From positions 176,576,001 through 176,640,000 of the forward strand of contig OZ024741.1 in the NCBI GenBank assembly GCA_964016885.1: a stretch of 64,000 nt of DNA, in the 5' to 3' direction. Below the pieces are notes generated by a model. That model ran no database searches and was not told the origin of the DNA. It was given only the letters and a program-made list of their open reading frames with translations. The stretch is from Eledone cirrhosa. Taxonomy: Eukaryota. Each line of letters begins with the position of its first letter. Position 1 is the first letter of the stretch. The position numbers and the translations under genes are program-made. Positions 13,681 through 30,677 of this stretch are shown here, one piece after another.

Positions 13681-15049
13681 GCTCATTTGTATATCGATTT
13701 ATATAGTACGTAGAACTAAGCTCTGCTTGGTATATGAAGCGATTAAAAATTGGCGTCATGATGAGCATCCGGCGTGAAGAGAGGTTGAAAAACTGCAATA
13801 AGGAAAAGCAGACAACGAGCATGATGAGGAGAAAACAGATAATTATATATATGTGTGTATATGTGAGAGAATGTGTATTTGCATTTGGGGATATTTGGGT
13901 ATGGAGTAATTATAATATTGTATGTGAAACCACTCGTATGCTAACATTCTAACATTCCACATCTACCTCTCATATATAAATTATCTCTTTGAATTAAAGT
14001 TTTCCATTTCTATAAATGAAAGATAGTTGTATAGGATTAAATCTCTCTTAATGCAATGAGTTCACGATTCACTGGCTTGGCATCCTCAGGTCAATCTACC
14101 TGCTTACCCCTTCCCCTTTGTTTTTCAGGTCTGTTTAGCACCCCGCCGTTATGATGGAATTTCACAATATACACGACTTCCCAGATCACTGACCACTCCC
14201 CGTGACAGACAAGAAAAACAACAAACTTTTTGGATTTTTTGCTTATATATTTTTACATTTTTTTGCTTTGACATCATGCCCATATATGGTCTGTACCCCT
14301 TGATAAATTCAGCTAGATTCCCACCATTCTAATGCTGGTGGTTTAGTTCGGATTTAGGTGTCGAACGGGCCAGAGCTCAGCCGTCGGTTCCTGACTCGTT
14401 TCTTATATGTATATATATATATATAGTTTTAATATAGATGAGATTCTACAAGAGTAGAACGGTTTCATTCTTTAGAAATCATCAGGAATCTGGGTATCAA
14501 AAAATAAATATGGTATTTATAGGCCTCTTCAGGTGTAGGAGAGGGTAGGGAGTGGGATGGGTAGCGTTCATTGGTTGATAGAAAAGGAAATTCATTAAAA
14601 GCTAATTCTTTAAAGCTATAATTTATATTTAGAGTAACAAAGGCAGAAATAATTCTATAAACAAGTTCAGAATGGGATGCCACTCCTTATTTTTAAGTTT
14701 CTCTTAAGCTAACAATGCTTATATTTCAGGTGTCTATAAGATCGTTGGGGGTTAGTCATGGTTGATGGATTTAAAGAAAAGGGAAATTCTTTAAAAGCTA
14801 ATTCTTTAAGGTTCTACTAAGAGTGATAAGGCCTAGATAAGGCCTAGATGATTCTATAGACCAGTTCAAAATATTGAGTGCCTATCATACCATTATCTTC
14901 AAGTTTCTCTTAAGCTATATTCCAAATGTCAACAGACACATTCACAAACACACACACACACACACCCGCGCGCACACACACACACATACACATACATATA
15001 TTCACATATACGTACACATACACGTGTATATATATATACACACATATAT

Positions 15050-15574
15050 ATCATATATATAAAGTGAAGATGGGCATAGTTTGGTGTTCCCAACTTGCAT
15101 GCTACACCGTTCATCCAATTTTCATGAAACCTCACACATTTATAAAACTCAACGCGTAGAGTGGAATAGGCTACTTGAAAATTTCGTAAAATCGATAATC
15201 GGGACCCCAGAAGCCTAAAATCGATATTTTCAAAATACGATGAAACTCCACGCAAGTGTGTATTTTGATCCGGGTATAAACGTGCGCTACATTAAATTTT
15301 CGAAAAATCGATAATTGGATCACCAGAGGCAAAAATCAGGACAACTCTAACTTACTCTCTTTCCCTCTCCTCCACCTCACTGGCGCAGCCACACCTCCTG
15401 CCTGGTGATAAAATACATTGATAGATAAACACACACATATATAGTTATGTATATATGTATGTGTGTGTGTATATATATATATATGTGTGTATATATATAT
15501 ATATGTGAGTGTGTATGTATATATATAAATATATATGCCCGTGTATTTGTGTATGTGTATATACATACATATAC

Positions 15575-15628
<54 letters not shown>

Positions 15629-15692
15629 ACATATATATATACACAAATACATATATATATATACATATATATATATATACATATATATATAC

Positions 15693-15723
<31 letters not shown>

Positions 15724-15750
15724 CAAACACACACACACACACACACACAT

Positions 15751-15833
<83 letters not shown>

Positions 15834-16853
15834 GAAGATGGGCATTGTTTGGTGTTCCCAATTTGCATGCTACACCGTTCATCCAATTTTCATGAAACCT
15901 CACACATATATAAAACTCAACGCGTAGAGTGGAATAGGCTACTTGAAAATTTCGAAAAATCGATAATCGGCACTCCAGAAGCCAAAAATCGATATTTTCA
16001 AAAATCGATGAAACTCGACGCAAGTGTGTATTTTGATACCGGGATAAACGTGCGCTACATTAAATTTTCGAAAAATCGATAATTGGATCACCAGAGTCAA
16101 AGATCGATATTTACGAAATTTGTCCGATTCCAATGAAATTTGACGTAGGTATGTATTTTGATGCGGGGATTAACGTGGGATACTTGAAATTCGTATACTA
16201 AAGAAAATCGATAATCGGACCCCCAGAAGCAAAAATAGGGCAACCGAAAAACGCCATTCTTCATGCTTACATTTGTCGCGACTCTTTTTTTCACATATAG
16301 CAAATTTACCGGGACAGGTCTTTAGCTACTCAAATCTACTTCAGAGGTCACGCATTCATGTAAAAAATCAATAAAACTGAAGCGTAGGTTCGACTTTGCG
16401 CAAAAAACAAGGCAAAGTTGCAGATGGGATACTTTTTTACAGGAACGTCCGATTTTCGTGAAAGCTGTCGCAAATGATTCGTCCATTATGCCGCGGTTCA
16501 GATAAAGTCCCTTTTATTTCTTCTTCTGCACATGTGAGCGCCAAAATTGTAAAAAAAAAAAAAAATTAGAAAAAATAGACTTTTTGACCATGCTTTAAAA
16601 ATCAACTGAAATTTCAATTTCAAGTTAATTTGACTTCCGTTAGTCTTGCAAAGAACAATTTCAACGATACACTCTGAACCTACAATTGATCCATTATTTA
16701 TGCTCAATTACAGACCTGCGTATACTAACCTCTATTTTTTTCCTTGAGGTTCGAAGGTTTTTGCACCTGTGATTCGCGGGAAGTAACTTTCAAACATTTT
16801 AACAACAGACCAAGGGTCGACTTACACCCGGGCTACGCCGGGTACTTCTGCTA

Positions 16854-16854
<1 letters not shown>
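15050..16854 (+). mobile_element. Non-autonomous Helitron-like element with duplicated 5' part
   Basis: 3' hairpin acccgg-gctacg-ccgggt (16826-16843), then CTAG (16851-16854) followed by T; 5' block tatataaagtgaagatggg at ~15056 and ~15824; internal ~120-bp subrepeats (aatcgataat...ccagaag...attttgat.cggg). Confidence 0.8.
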
Positions 16855-16902
<48 letters not shown>

Positions 16903-17097
16903 CACACACATACATACATATACACATATACACACGCATACACACATTAATATAGATATATACATATATATATATTTATATATATACATATACACACACA
17001 TATATACACACATACACACATATATATATACACACACACATGCACATATATATACATATATATATATACACATATATTCATATATACGTATGCACAT

Positions 17098-17188
<91 letters not shown>

Positions 17189-17374
17189 GATATATATACA
17201 TATATATACATATACACACACACATATATATATATATATACATATATATATACATATATACACACATACACATATGTGTATATATATATATATGCAAATA
17301 TATACACACACACAGACATACACACATACATACATACATACATATCCACATACATACATATATATATACCTATG

Positions 17375-17446
<72 letters not shown>

Positions 17447-17485
17447 TACATGTATATATATATACATATACATATATATACACAT

Positions 17486-17522
<37 letters not shown>

Positions 17523-17617
17523 CATACATACACACATAGACACATACATATATATACACATATACACACGCATATACACATAAACATACTTATAAATACA
17601 TACATATACACACATAC

Positions 17618-20600
17618 TAAGCTACAGGCACATTTCAGCCGAACGACACCGGCTCCGGACGCCCCAGACCCGTTTCTCGCCCTGGGCCGACGACCATCTT
17701 CTTGGACGCCGGCCCCAGGGCAAATTAGCACGCTGGACGCCTTCGTCGAAGCCAGCCGTAGCGCAGTAAATCGTTTCGACTTCCGCCACCGTTCTAAACG
17801 GCACAATATCTCACGGGGCGAACTCCTCGCTCTCCGCTCCCTCCGTAGCCGAGATGACATCGTCATCAAACCGGCGGACAAGGGAGGCGCCGTAGTGGTA
17901 TGGCGCGCGGACCTCTACACGGCCGAAGCCCTCAGGCAGCTCTGTAACCCCCTCTTTTACCGCCCTCTACCCTCCGATCCCACACCCCTCTACCAACAAC
18001 AAGTCTCCTCCACCATCAAAGACCTTATCGCCTCCTCCCTCCTCCCCCCACCGCTTCCCACCTCACCGTCCGCACCCCCCGCACCCCCACCATCTACTTC
18101 CTCCCCAAACTCCACAAACCCGACAACCCCGGCCGCCCCATCGTCTCCGCTTGCAACTGCCCCACCGCACATCTCCGTCTTTCTCGACTCCCTCCTCGCC
18201 CCCCTTGTCACCACCCTCCCCTCCCACATCTCCGACACCAACCACGCCCTTCGCCTTTTCGACTCCTTCACCTACCTACCCGGCCCACAGCCCTTCCTCT
18301 TCACCCTAGACATCAAGTCCCTCTATACAGTCATCCCCCACGCCGACGGCCTTCGCGCCCTCAAACACTACCTCGACCTTCGCCCCTCCCCCATTCCCTC
18401 CACCCCCACCCTCTTTCGCCTCGCCGAGCTGGTCCTCACCCTAAATTGTTTCTCCTTCTCGGGTGAGTTTTACCAACAGGTCACGGGGGTAGCCATGGGC
18501 ACAAGAATCGGCCCGAACTATGCCGCCTTTTTGTTGGCCATGTTGAGGCCCAAATCTTTGCCCAGTACACCGGCCCCACGCCCGAACTGTACGGTCGTTA
18601 CATTGACGACTGTATCGGAGCCACGACCCTCACCCGAGAACAGCTCGACTCCTTTCTCTCCTTCTTCTGCTCCTTCCACCCCTCCCTCCACTTTTCCACC
18701 TCTATCTCCACCACCCACGTCCGCTTCTTAGACATCTCCGTTGCCTTCGACCCCGCCCACCACTCCCTCGTCACCTCCGCCTTCTTCAAACCCACCGATT
18801 CCCACTCTTACCTCGACTTCACCTCTTCCCACCCCACCCACACTAAACACTCCATTCCCTACTCCCAACTTCTCAGGATCCGCCGCCTCTGTAGCCGTGA
18901 TGCTGACTTCGAGTCCCAGGCCCTTTCCCTAGTCAGCCATTTCATCCGCAGTGGATAACCCCCTCTCTCGTCTACACCGCTCTCACCCGCGCCCGTTCTG
19001 TCCCCCGCCCCACCACCCTCACCCCACGCCACCGCACACCAACCCACCGTCTCCCCTTCCCCATCACCTACCACCCCTCCACCTTACCCCTCCACCGCAC
19101 CATCCGCCGCCTCTTCCGACGCCTCCAGTCCGACCCCTCCACCTCCCACATCTTCCCAGCCCCACCACTCCCCTCCTTCAAACGCGCACGCAATCTCCGC
19201 ACCCTCCTCGTCCCCAGCTCCCTAAACCCCAACCCACGCTATGTTCTCCCCCCCGCTTCCTTTTCCTGTTATAGGCCCCGCTGCAACACCTGTCCCCACA
19301 TCACCAACACCACCACCTTCAAGGGTCCCAACGGCCACTCTCTCTCGGTCCGGCATGCCTTCCGCTGCACCTCCTCCAACCTAGTCTACGGACTTATGTC
19401 GGACAGACGGGACGTCGCCTGGCGGACCGAGTCACGGAGCACCTCCAGGATATTTGTCTCGGGGGCAGTTCCCCCATCGCCCGCCACTTTGGTGGCCCTG
19501 GACACTCCGCACGCCATCTCACAGTCAGTGGCCTACTCCAGTGCCACGGAACACCCGCCCATCGCCTTTCGGTCGAACAAAGAACTATCTTCATCTTACA
19601 GACCCACACTCCCCTCCGGCCTGAACTCCCCACCCTTATTCCTTTAGCGTTCGACCGCCCCCTCCCACCACACTTATCCCCCACTAACACCACTAACACA
19701 CCCCTCCTTTTCACCGCCCACCCCACACTAACAATACTAACACCTCCACTCCACCCCTCATCTGACCACCCTTCCCCAACTAACATACTAACATCCCTTC
19801 CCTCCCCTCTTCTCCCCCCTCCTTATCACACGCACGCACTCACCGGCACATATATACACGCGCTCACACTAACCACACACCCTACTACCACCACTAACCC
19901 TCACCCCCAAACATCTCACCCCCACACGTCCATCCCACCACCCCGCAACTAACCTCATTAACACCCCCTAACCCCAAGCACACGAACACACACACCCACT
20001 TACACCACCCACCCCACACGCAACTAACATCACTAACACCCCCAACCCCACGCACACGTACACACACACCAGTACACCACACTCCCTCCATAGAACCAGA
20101 CACACCCTTCTCTCCCCACTCCACCCACACCCTCGCTCCACACTCACTCATCCCACTAACACCCCTACTAATACACACACACACACACACGCCCTCCTCA
20201 CTCCAACTTTCACACCTACCCATCCTCGCCCCCTACCACTGACTGCTGCTGTGCCCTCTGGCCACCTGCCAGCACCAACAGACCACAGCACTCCCACTGC
20301 TGACCACTTCCTGTTGCGCGCGCACCCCACATCCCTCCTCTTCCGACCACCACTTCATGGATTACCCACACGCAGAATTTGACTTACAAACAATCTACTG
20401 AACATCCTTGGAACTTACCAACTTTTCAACCATCCTCTTGCGTAATCACCTATATAACTCACCCGCACACACACCCCAAATAAAATTATTTTCTCCACAC
20501 GCCACCCACACCCACAACACGCTTAAACCCCACACACACGTGCTTCCCACCACATATTTACACCCTCAGCCTCCTGATCCCCCCCTATCCACACACGCAC

Positions 20601-21120
20601 AGACACTCCGACCCACAAAAACACCCCCCACACACACCCCTTCCTGAACATGCAACCCCGTTTTTCCCCCAACCCTTACTTTCACATACACACACACACA
20701 CACGCACACCTACACACACACACCACCTTCAGCCCTCCCCGCTCGGACACCCCGTCTCCCTCGCCCCACTCCACCCGCCACCCCACACCCATCCACCACC
20801 TGTTTACCCCACTTTTAATTTCAGTTTATCATGTCTTTATTTTTAAATTTTCTCATTCCTTGTATTTTGATCATGCTTTATTTTTATTTTTTATCTTTAT
20901 TTGTTTTTTTTCATTCGCACCGTTTCCTTTCGCTATATATCTCTCCACCACTCCCCTACACACCTTTTGAACTCTGTTCCCACACACTTCTCACCTGAGG
21001 AAGGGCTTATGCCCGAAACGTCGTCCCCCCCCCTACCCCCCCCCACTCTCCTGAGCGTGAAATTAATAAACATTTATTGTACTGCCTCTGTGTTTTGTCC
21101 CTGTTCAAATTTTTCCATTA
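17618..21120 (+). mobile_element. C-rich Penelope-like element (Neptune-like), 5'-truncated; frameshifted RT-GIY-YIG ORF ~17618-19647 plus long 3' UTR/pLTR
   Basis: [48 protein letters not shown] (~18590-18619), FKPTDSHSYLDFTSSHP..SIPYSQ, Cys knuckle PRCNTCPH, CTSSNLVYG..GQTGRRLADR..EH; hammerhead at 20995 and AATAAA at 21065. Confidence 0.93.
20993..21024 (+). ncRNA. Minimal type I hammerhead ribozyme motif (PLE pLTR)
   Basis: CTGAGGA-a-GGGC-ttat-GCCC-GAAA-CGTC; palindromic ACGT stem III, GUC triplet; stem I only ~2 bp. Confidence 0.85.
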
Positions 21121-21242
21121 TATATATATATATATACATACACATACATACACACGCACATATACATATATACACACACATATATATATATATATATATA
21201 TTATTATACAAAATACACACACATATATACACATATATACAT

Positions 21243-21313
<71 letters not shown>

Positions 21314-21318
<5 letters not shown>

Positions 21319-21990
21319 TATTTACGTATCGAGAGAGAGAAAAAAAGGGGAGGATAGGTGATACATATAGTTATTTGCCAAGTAGCGTATGCCAAAGCTG
21401 CTCGATACTAGTGCCGGCAGTATTAAATATTCGAAGTGTTAATATTTAGTGGGCTAGAGAGTTAGCAGAGCGTAAACACGTGGGAAAGTAAGAAATCGGA
21501 GAATAGACCGCTAAAACATGTTTATTCAAAACACCACCCACGTACGCTTCGCCCAGTTGGGCCTCTCAAGGGCACAAATAACAAAAAGCGCTCCTTACAT
21601 TGTTCGGAAAGAGCCTCCTAGATCAAGCTCACGTCAAGGTTAATTGCTCGCAAAAACAGCGTGTTTTGACTTTGCAGCAGGTCAAGCAGCACAATCCTTA
21701 TCCGTCACAAGATGCGGCTACAACCCCACCATTGTCGATACGCACAGAGTCACGAAGCGTACGTGGGTGCTGTTTTGAATAAACATATTTTAACGGTCTA
21801 TTCTCGATTTCTTACTTTTCCACGTGTTTACGCTCTGCTAACTCTCTAGCCCACTAAATATTAACACTTCGAATATTTAATACTGCCGGCACTAGTATCG
21901 AGCACATTTGGCATATGCTACTTGGCAAATAAATATGTTTCACCTATCCTCCCCTTTTTTTCTCTCTCTCGATACGTAAATACTGTATAT
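21314..21990. mobile_element. Fold-back (inverted pLTR-like) non-coding element
   Basis: 21314-21551 is the reverse complement of ~21753-21990 (~235-bp arms); degenerate hammerhead-like motif on minus strand 21535-21575 (cttgaga-ggccc-aact-gggc-gaag-cgtacgt); flanked by (TA)n. Confidence 0.85.
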
Positions 21991-22144
21991 ATATTTATAT
22001 ATATGTGTGTATATATGTGTATAACGTACCAACGTACTCAATACTTAGGGTAGTCGAGTGGGTAATAGGAACGAGTAGGACCCTGACGGCTGAGCTCAAG
22101 TCATTTCGACGGCTAATGCTGGACGATTTTAGTCCAGAATTAGC

Positions 22145-22345
22145 GTATATATGTATACATATGTATACATATATATGTATATATATTTATACATATTTAT
22201 ATGTATACATATAACGTATACATATATGTATACATATTTATATGTATACATATTTATATGTATACATATATATAACGTATACATATATGTATACATATTT
22301 ATATGTATACATATATATAACGTATACATATATGTATACATATAA
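22145..22345. repeat. Microsatellite-derived minisatellite (gtatacatat.. units, ~48-bp higher-order period)
   Basis: Repeated aacgtatacatatatgtatacatatttatatgtatacatat. Confidence 0.85.
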
Positions 22346-22461
22346 CGAGTAAGTTAGATCGCAGATATAAAAGACAGCGAGAAGCGAAAACCAACCAAAC
22401 AGTGAGTGTGTTCTGTTATTAATTCTGGCAATATTACGCAAATATGACCCTCCGCAAGTAT

Positions 22462-24890
<2,429 letters not shown>

Positions 24891-24923
24891 CTCCCTGTCT
24901 CTCTCTCTCTCTCTCTGTATATA

Positions 24924-24991
<68 letters not shown>

Positions 24992-24999
24992 TGTATATA

Positions 25000-25080
<81 letters not shown>

Positions 25081-25082
<2 letters not shown>

Positions 25083-25276
25083 AATAGAATGAAACGGAAT
25101 TTAATTTCTCACTCTACGACGGCACTTACTTAAATGTAAGTATATATGTATACGTACATACATATATGAACACTGTACGGCGTAAATCAGGCTTTCCGTT
25201 TGTTTACAAACGAACAAAGCAAACATTATAATAAATGTGCGGTAAACTGATACGTACATATATATATGTGTGCCTG

Positions 25277-25346
<70 letters not shown>

Positions 25347-25375
25347 TGCTACTGTACGTCTGTATTCATATATAT
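25081..25375. repeat. Copy of the 7647-8590 repeat family, with internal inversion
   Basis: ggaatagaatgaaac...cggcacttacttaaatgtaag (+), then reverse complement of 7740-7825. Confidence 0.8.
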
Positions 25376-25619
25376 ATGTACGTATATATATATATATATA
25401 TGTATATTCTAGAAATGAATTCTACAGGTCTAGAACTATTTCATTCGTGAGACAAAATCAGTATTTCCTCCGAATGTAACAGTTCTAATGATGTAGTAGT
25501 CCTTTTAATAATAACATATAGGTACTATTTTCTACTAACGTATTGAATATCTTTTATAACTGAAGAGCCTTCCCGATGTACATCAGGAAAGAACCTACTC
25601 TTATTATATTATGCTTTGC

Positions 25620-25960
25620 AGCATAAGGTTATGGTCCTTTACTCTCTGAATTCTAATCCCGTTGATGTTATATTTGCCTTCATCATTACGGGGTCGATAA
25701 AATACAGCACCAGTAACGTACTCGGTTCGATTTAATCGATTCAATCGTCTTACCCCACCGCCACGAAATTGCTGGCATTGCACCTAGAGTGGATAGGCTT
25801 AATCGGCAGAGCGTCATACACCACCCTTCGCAGATTAGAGTTATGTGCCTTTTCGTTCTGAGTCCAAATTTCACCGCTGTTAGCTCTGCCGGGGATGCGA
25901 AAATAAAGTGCCAGTAATGCACTGGGGTCAAATTAGTCGACTTTATTCTCCCCTTCAAAT
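25620..25960 (+). mobile_element. Two adjacent SINE family A copies
   Basis: tttgccttcatcattacggggtcgataaaatacagcaccagt and ctgagtccaaatttcacc...aataaagtgccagtaatgcactggggtc. Confidence 0.75.
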
Positions 25961-26336
25961 TGAAAAAGAGTTGAAAATGCTATTGGTGCTTTAAGAAGTT
26001 TTATTTATAAAAATGTATGACTTTATTGGTTTTACAACTTTCATGAGTTTCAAATGCTAAGGGACATGGAGGGTTGTGTGGCTATGCCAACTTGGAACTC
26101 GCATCTAACTGATGTTGGGAATTTCTTTCAGTTTTATGCAATAAAGCAGCTTAGATTGTTTTGATTGAATTACTTCCACCATCTCCCTTAACTATTGAAA
26201 ATCATAATACATGTGAAACCGGGAAAGTTATTAGTTATTTTAAATCAACCTTCTTAAAGACGTCATTTGCGTTTCCTTTTTTTCTTTTTGCTATAATCTA
26301 AAATGTGTTGGATATATTAAAGGAAAACTTATTTTC

Positions 26337-26390
<54 letters not shown>

Positions 26391-27123
26391 GTGTGTGTGT
26401 ACATATATTGTTCAAAGACACAGACAAACACACACACGCTTACACGCATACGCTCGCACATACGTACACCCCCCCCCCCACACACTTACACCGACACACC
26501 CACACAGAGACACACACATACACACATGTATATATATATATTTATGTTCCAGCTAAAATATATTCCGATTATAATTTTTTTCTGATGACACTGAAAATTC
26601 TGTTACTTTCTCATTTATTATTTCCAATTGATTTTGAAGTAGAAACGTAAGAAATGTAAACTATAAAAGTGTTAATTATCTTGTTGAAGAAATTTTATAT
26701 CAGCTGATATATAGGAAAAAAGAAATTTTGAGGAAATTTATTTTTTGTCCGAATGAGAAACTCAAACATTTTCCAACCACATGTAGAAATATGAATATTC
26801 AAAAAAGAAAAAAGATAATAATATTAATCATATTAATAATAATAACAATAATGGTAATATCGACATTAAATAATAATAAAAACTGAATAGATACAAATAT
26901 CATTATGAATTATAAGATAGCAGAAAAAAAAACAAAACAAAAAAACAGAAATAAGAGAAGAGGAAGAGAAGAGAGAAAAAAGAAAGATCAATAAGAGGCA
27001 GGAGAGGGAGAAGGAGTAGATAAAATAGAAACAAATATACAAAAGATAGTACAAGCCAAATATTGTAGAATGAATACAAAAAAAAGAAAACAATGAAAGT
27101 GATTAAAAATGGAAGTATATATG

Positions 27124-27184
<61 letters not shown>

Positions 27185-27449
27185 CAGAACAAAAAACCAG
27201 GCGAATGAAAACGTTAAAGTTTTAGTATTAAAATCATGTTTTAACTTTTTTGTTAATATCATTGAAATATACAAGTTAATTGCTTAAATCTGCACGTATA
27301 AACACTCATTTACACATATATATACATATGTACATACATACATGCGTGATGGCTGCCCACCGCCCACGTTATCAAGTATGGCTATTGCACGAAAACAAAA
27401 ATATATATACTAATAACAATAACGACAATAATAATAATAATTGTTTCTA

Positions 27450-27620
27450 CTTTAGGCACAAGGCCAGCAATTACCCAGTGCATTACTGGTACTTTATTTT
27501 ATCGACACCGTAAGGATGAAAGGCAAAGTCAACCTCGGCGGGATTTGAACTCAGATCGTAAAGGGACGTAACTATGCTGGAAAGCATGGCGTCCGACCCT
27601 CTAGCGATACTACCAATCCA
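27450..27620 (-). mobile_element. SINE family A
   Basis: Reverse complement closely matches 55570-55700. Confidence 0.85.
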
Positions 27621-27756
27621 CCAATAATAATAATAATAATAGAAAGAAATATACACACACCCATATGTATATATGGGTGTGTGTATATATATATATAATT
27701 ATATCATCCTGGTATCCAAAGTATCTGTACGTATGTGTGTGTGAGGGGCTTTGTGT

Positions 27757-27817
<61 letters not shown>

Positions 27818-27984
27818 TGTGTGTGTGTATGTATATGTCTATATACATATATGCGTATGTATATGTATGTGTATATATATATATACATACACACATACAC
27901 ACACAAATCCCCTCACACACGCAATAACAATTGACGGCGCTGCGATCATACATATATACATACATACGCTTGTTACGATTAATG

Positions 27985-28975
27985 CTAGACCAGTAGTTTC
28001 TAGTTGCATCTCGTCCAAGATGGACCAAGTCATAACTTCTACCACTTCCATGTGCATCCACGTATACCTGCCATTGAGAATAGCTATCTTATATGAACTT
28101 AACACGTGCTCCATCTGTTGTGCTTTGTCCATCACAGAGAACAACTAGGATTCTCCACTTTGCTTATTTTCAGATGGTTGGTCACCGATGTAAACATGTC
28201 GTATGTGGTTCGTATGATGAAGCTCACTCTGAGTATTGCCATCTGCCACATGTCTTTCTATGTAAGGGACCTTAACAATGCCTGCATTTAGGGTGAGCTG
28301 TACTTCACTGACCACTCTGTGTTGGGAATCTTGGTTACTTGCAGTCTGATCTTTGCAGACTTATACTCTTCTGTTATGGAGTTGAATGGCAAAATAAATT
28401 TAGCCTGTCAGCATTACATAACTATATCAGTCAGCCCTGAATGCAGAACGAGCCACATTCTGATGAAACTGTTAATTTTCCTCTTCACTCGACATCAGTA
28501 GTGATAATCTCAGATGCCATAGAAACTTAGGTATAAAGATGTGCTGGATGCAGCACATCATAATGGCTTGTGATTTAGGCACAAGGCCAGCAATTTATTG
28601 GTAAGGAAAGTCAATTAAATCGACCACACTGCGTGACTGGTACTTTGTTTTATCGACTCTATAAGCATGAAAGGCAAAGCTACCCTTGGCGGGGTCTAAA
28701 CTCAGAATGTAAAGGGGCGTAAATCTATGCCGCAAATCATGGTGCTCTATGCTCTACCGATACTGCCTATAATGCCATCTCCCTAGACTTTTCCTGGCTA
28801 TTCTGATAATTTTGGCTTTCTATGGTTACCCACTTAAAAGTTGATCCCTGGCCTACTTACTCTTTCTTGGAGAGTGACCGCTGGATTTCTTCGGTTTGAA
28901 ACCAATCTGACACCAGGTCACGCGCTCATCATGTTGACTGAGTAGACCTTGCGCTCTCAGACGTTTTGGATACCA
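27985..28975 (-). mobile_element. Hero-like (RLE-type, R2/NeSL group) non-LTR retrotransposon fragment, interrupted by a SINE
   Basis: Minus translations FKPKKS, IQHIFIPKFLWHL, RKINSFIRMWL, AKFILPFNSITEEYKSAK, EHVLSSYKIAILNGRYTWMH match the post-RT and zinc-knuckle-adjacent motifs of Hero-type elements. Confidence 0.75.
28574..28770 (-). mobile_element. SINE family A nested in the Hero-like fragment
   Basis: ttaggcacaaggccagcaa...actggtactt...tatcgac...gaaaggcaaag...aactcaga. Confidence 0.8.
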
Positions 28976-29018
28976 GGATAATATAATTATATATATACGC
29001 ATACATATATATTTATAT

Positions 29019-29063
<45 letters not shown>

Positions 29064-29117
29064 TAAACAAATAATGAATAAAACAATGAAACAGTTCCTT
29101 ATATTAAACAAAAAAAG

Positions 29118-29271
29118 TTCATTATTTAACGATCGTTTCTAGGATATATATGTGTTAGAATTGGCATGCATATTCAACAGATCTATGTACAAAATTATAC
29201 AAAATTATACAAACTATCAAGATTAAATATACATACCAACACATATATACGCCGTCTTCAGAAATAATGAA
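29118..29271 (-). ncRNA. Inverted copy of the extended-stem-II hammerhead
   Basis: Reverse complement of 35605-35758. Confidence 0.8.
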
Positions 29272-29888
29272 ATATATTTATTGATAATAACAACAATTCA
29301 AAATTTCAGGTCCGTTTGGGAACAAAATTGACCAATGAAAATACAAAAGGTTTTATGCAGTTCGGTGTGTGTATATACACGTAACTACCCTTACACATAT
29401 TTTACAAAAATGTATGCTCAACATGTATACGCATACCAAAAGGATGGATGCAAATACAAAATTTCAAGGTTAATGTCTCTGTAAGTTTATAATGCACAGA
29501 TAAGATGCGTATAGACACATAAATATGAAATAAGTGTATACACATATTCTCATACTCACACATATCCGTACAATCACACACACGCGCGCGTATATGCATA
29601 AACATACACATAATTACGAACATACAAACACACACACACCCCCACTCACATATATATATGTGGATATAATATCATAAGCACATGGATATTAATTCACTCA
29701 CATAAACACTGTCACACACATTTAGATCAAGATACAGAAATTAGGTGGGAGGGGGGGAGAGGTCAGTATTCAACGGTTTGGGCAGACTGCTTATTATAGA
29801 TGTATCTATAAACTAAGAAAATAAAAAATAGAAAAAGAAAAAAGAAAAAAGAAATATATCAAGAAAATATATATATATATATATATAT

Positions 29889-29941
<53 letters not shown>

Positions 29942-30046
29942 AACACATACATACATAGACACACATCCGCACTTAGAACATACATACACACACATATATA
30001 AACATATACATATACACACATACACACATATACACACATACATATA

Positions 30047-30104
<58 letters not shown>

Positions 30105-30388
30105 TACACATATAATCACACATACTATATAGACACACATATATATACACACATACACCCACATATACATACACATACATACTTATATACATACAGATAT
30201 ACACATACATACCTATATATAGACACAAATACATACAGATATACATACATACATACACACAAATACTTACGCATCCATATATCGGTATATACATACAAAC
30301 ACCACTACACTCTCACACAACTCAGACATACAAAGAAAAAGGTATATACCTATATACATATACATATACAAATAGAGATACACATACA

Positions 30389-30448
<60 letters not shown>

Positions 30449-30638
30449 CACACATACACACATATACATACATACACATACATACATGTACACACACATA
30501 CATATACATACATATACACATACATACATACATATATAGTCATACACACACATACACCTACACGAACATACACATACACATATATAAAGATATATATATA
30601 CACACACACATACACAGACACACATATATATAAAATAA

Positions 30639-30677
<39 letters not shown>

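Noticed and set aside
15170-16240. Regularly spaced repeats resembling a CRISPR array
   Set aside because: Whole ~120-bp units are homologous with no unique spacers; eukaryotic Helitron-internal array.
15336-17617. Long YI/CV/HT-rich ORFs (also 29806-31739, 33187-35070, 53149-54391)
   Set aside because: Translations of (TA)n/(CA)n microsatellites, which lack stop codons; no coding evidence.
25558-25600. ctgaagag...ggaaag hairpin as a hammerhead
   Set aside because: No convincing stem I, stem III or cleavage triplet.
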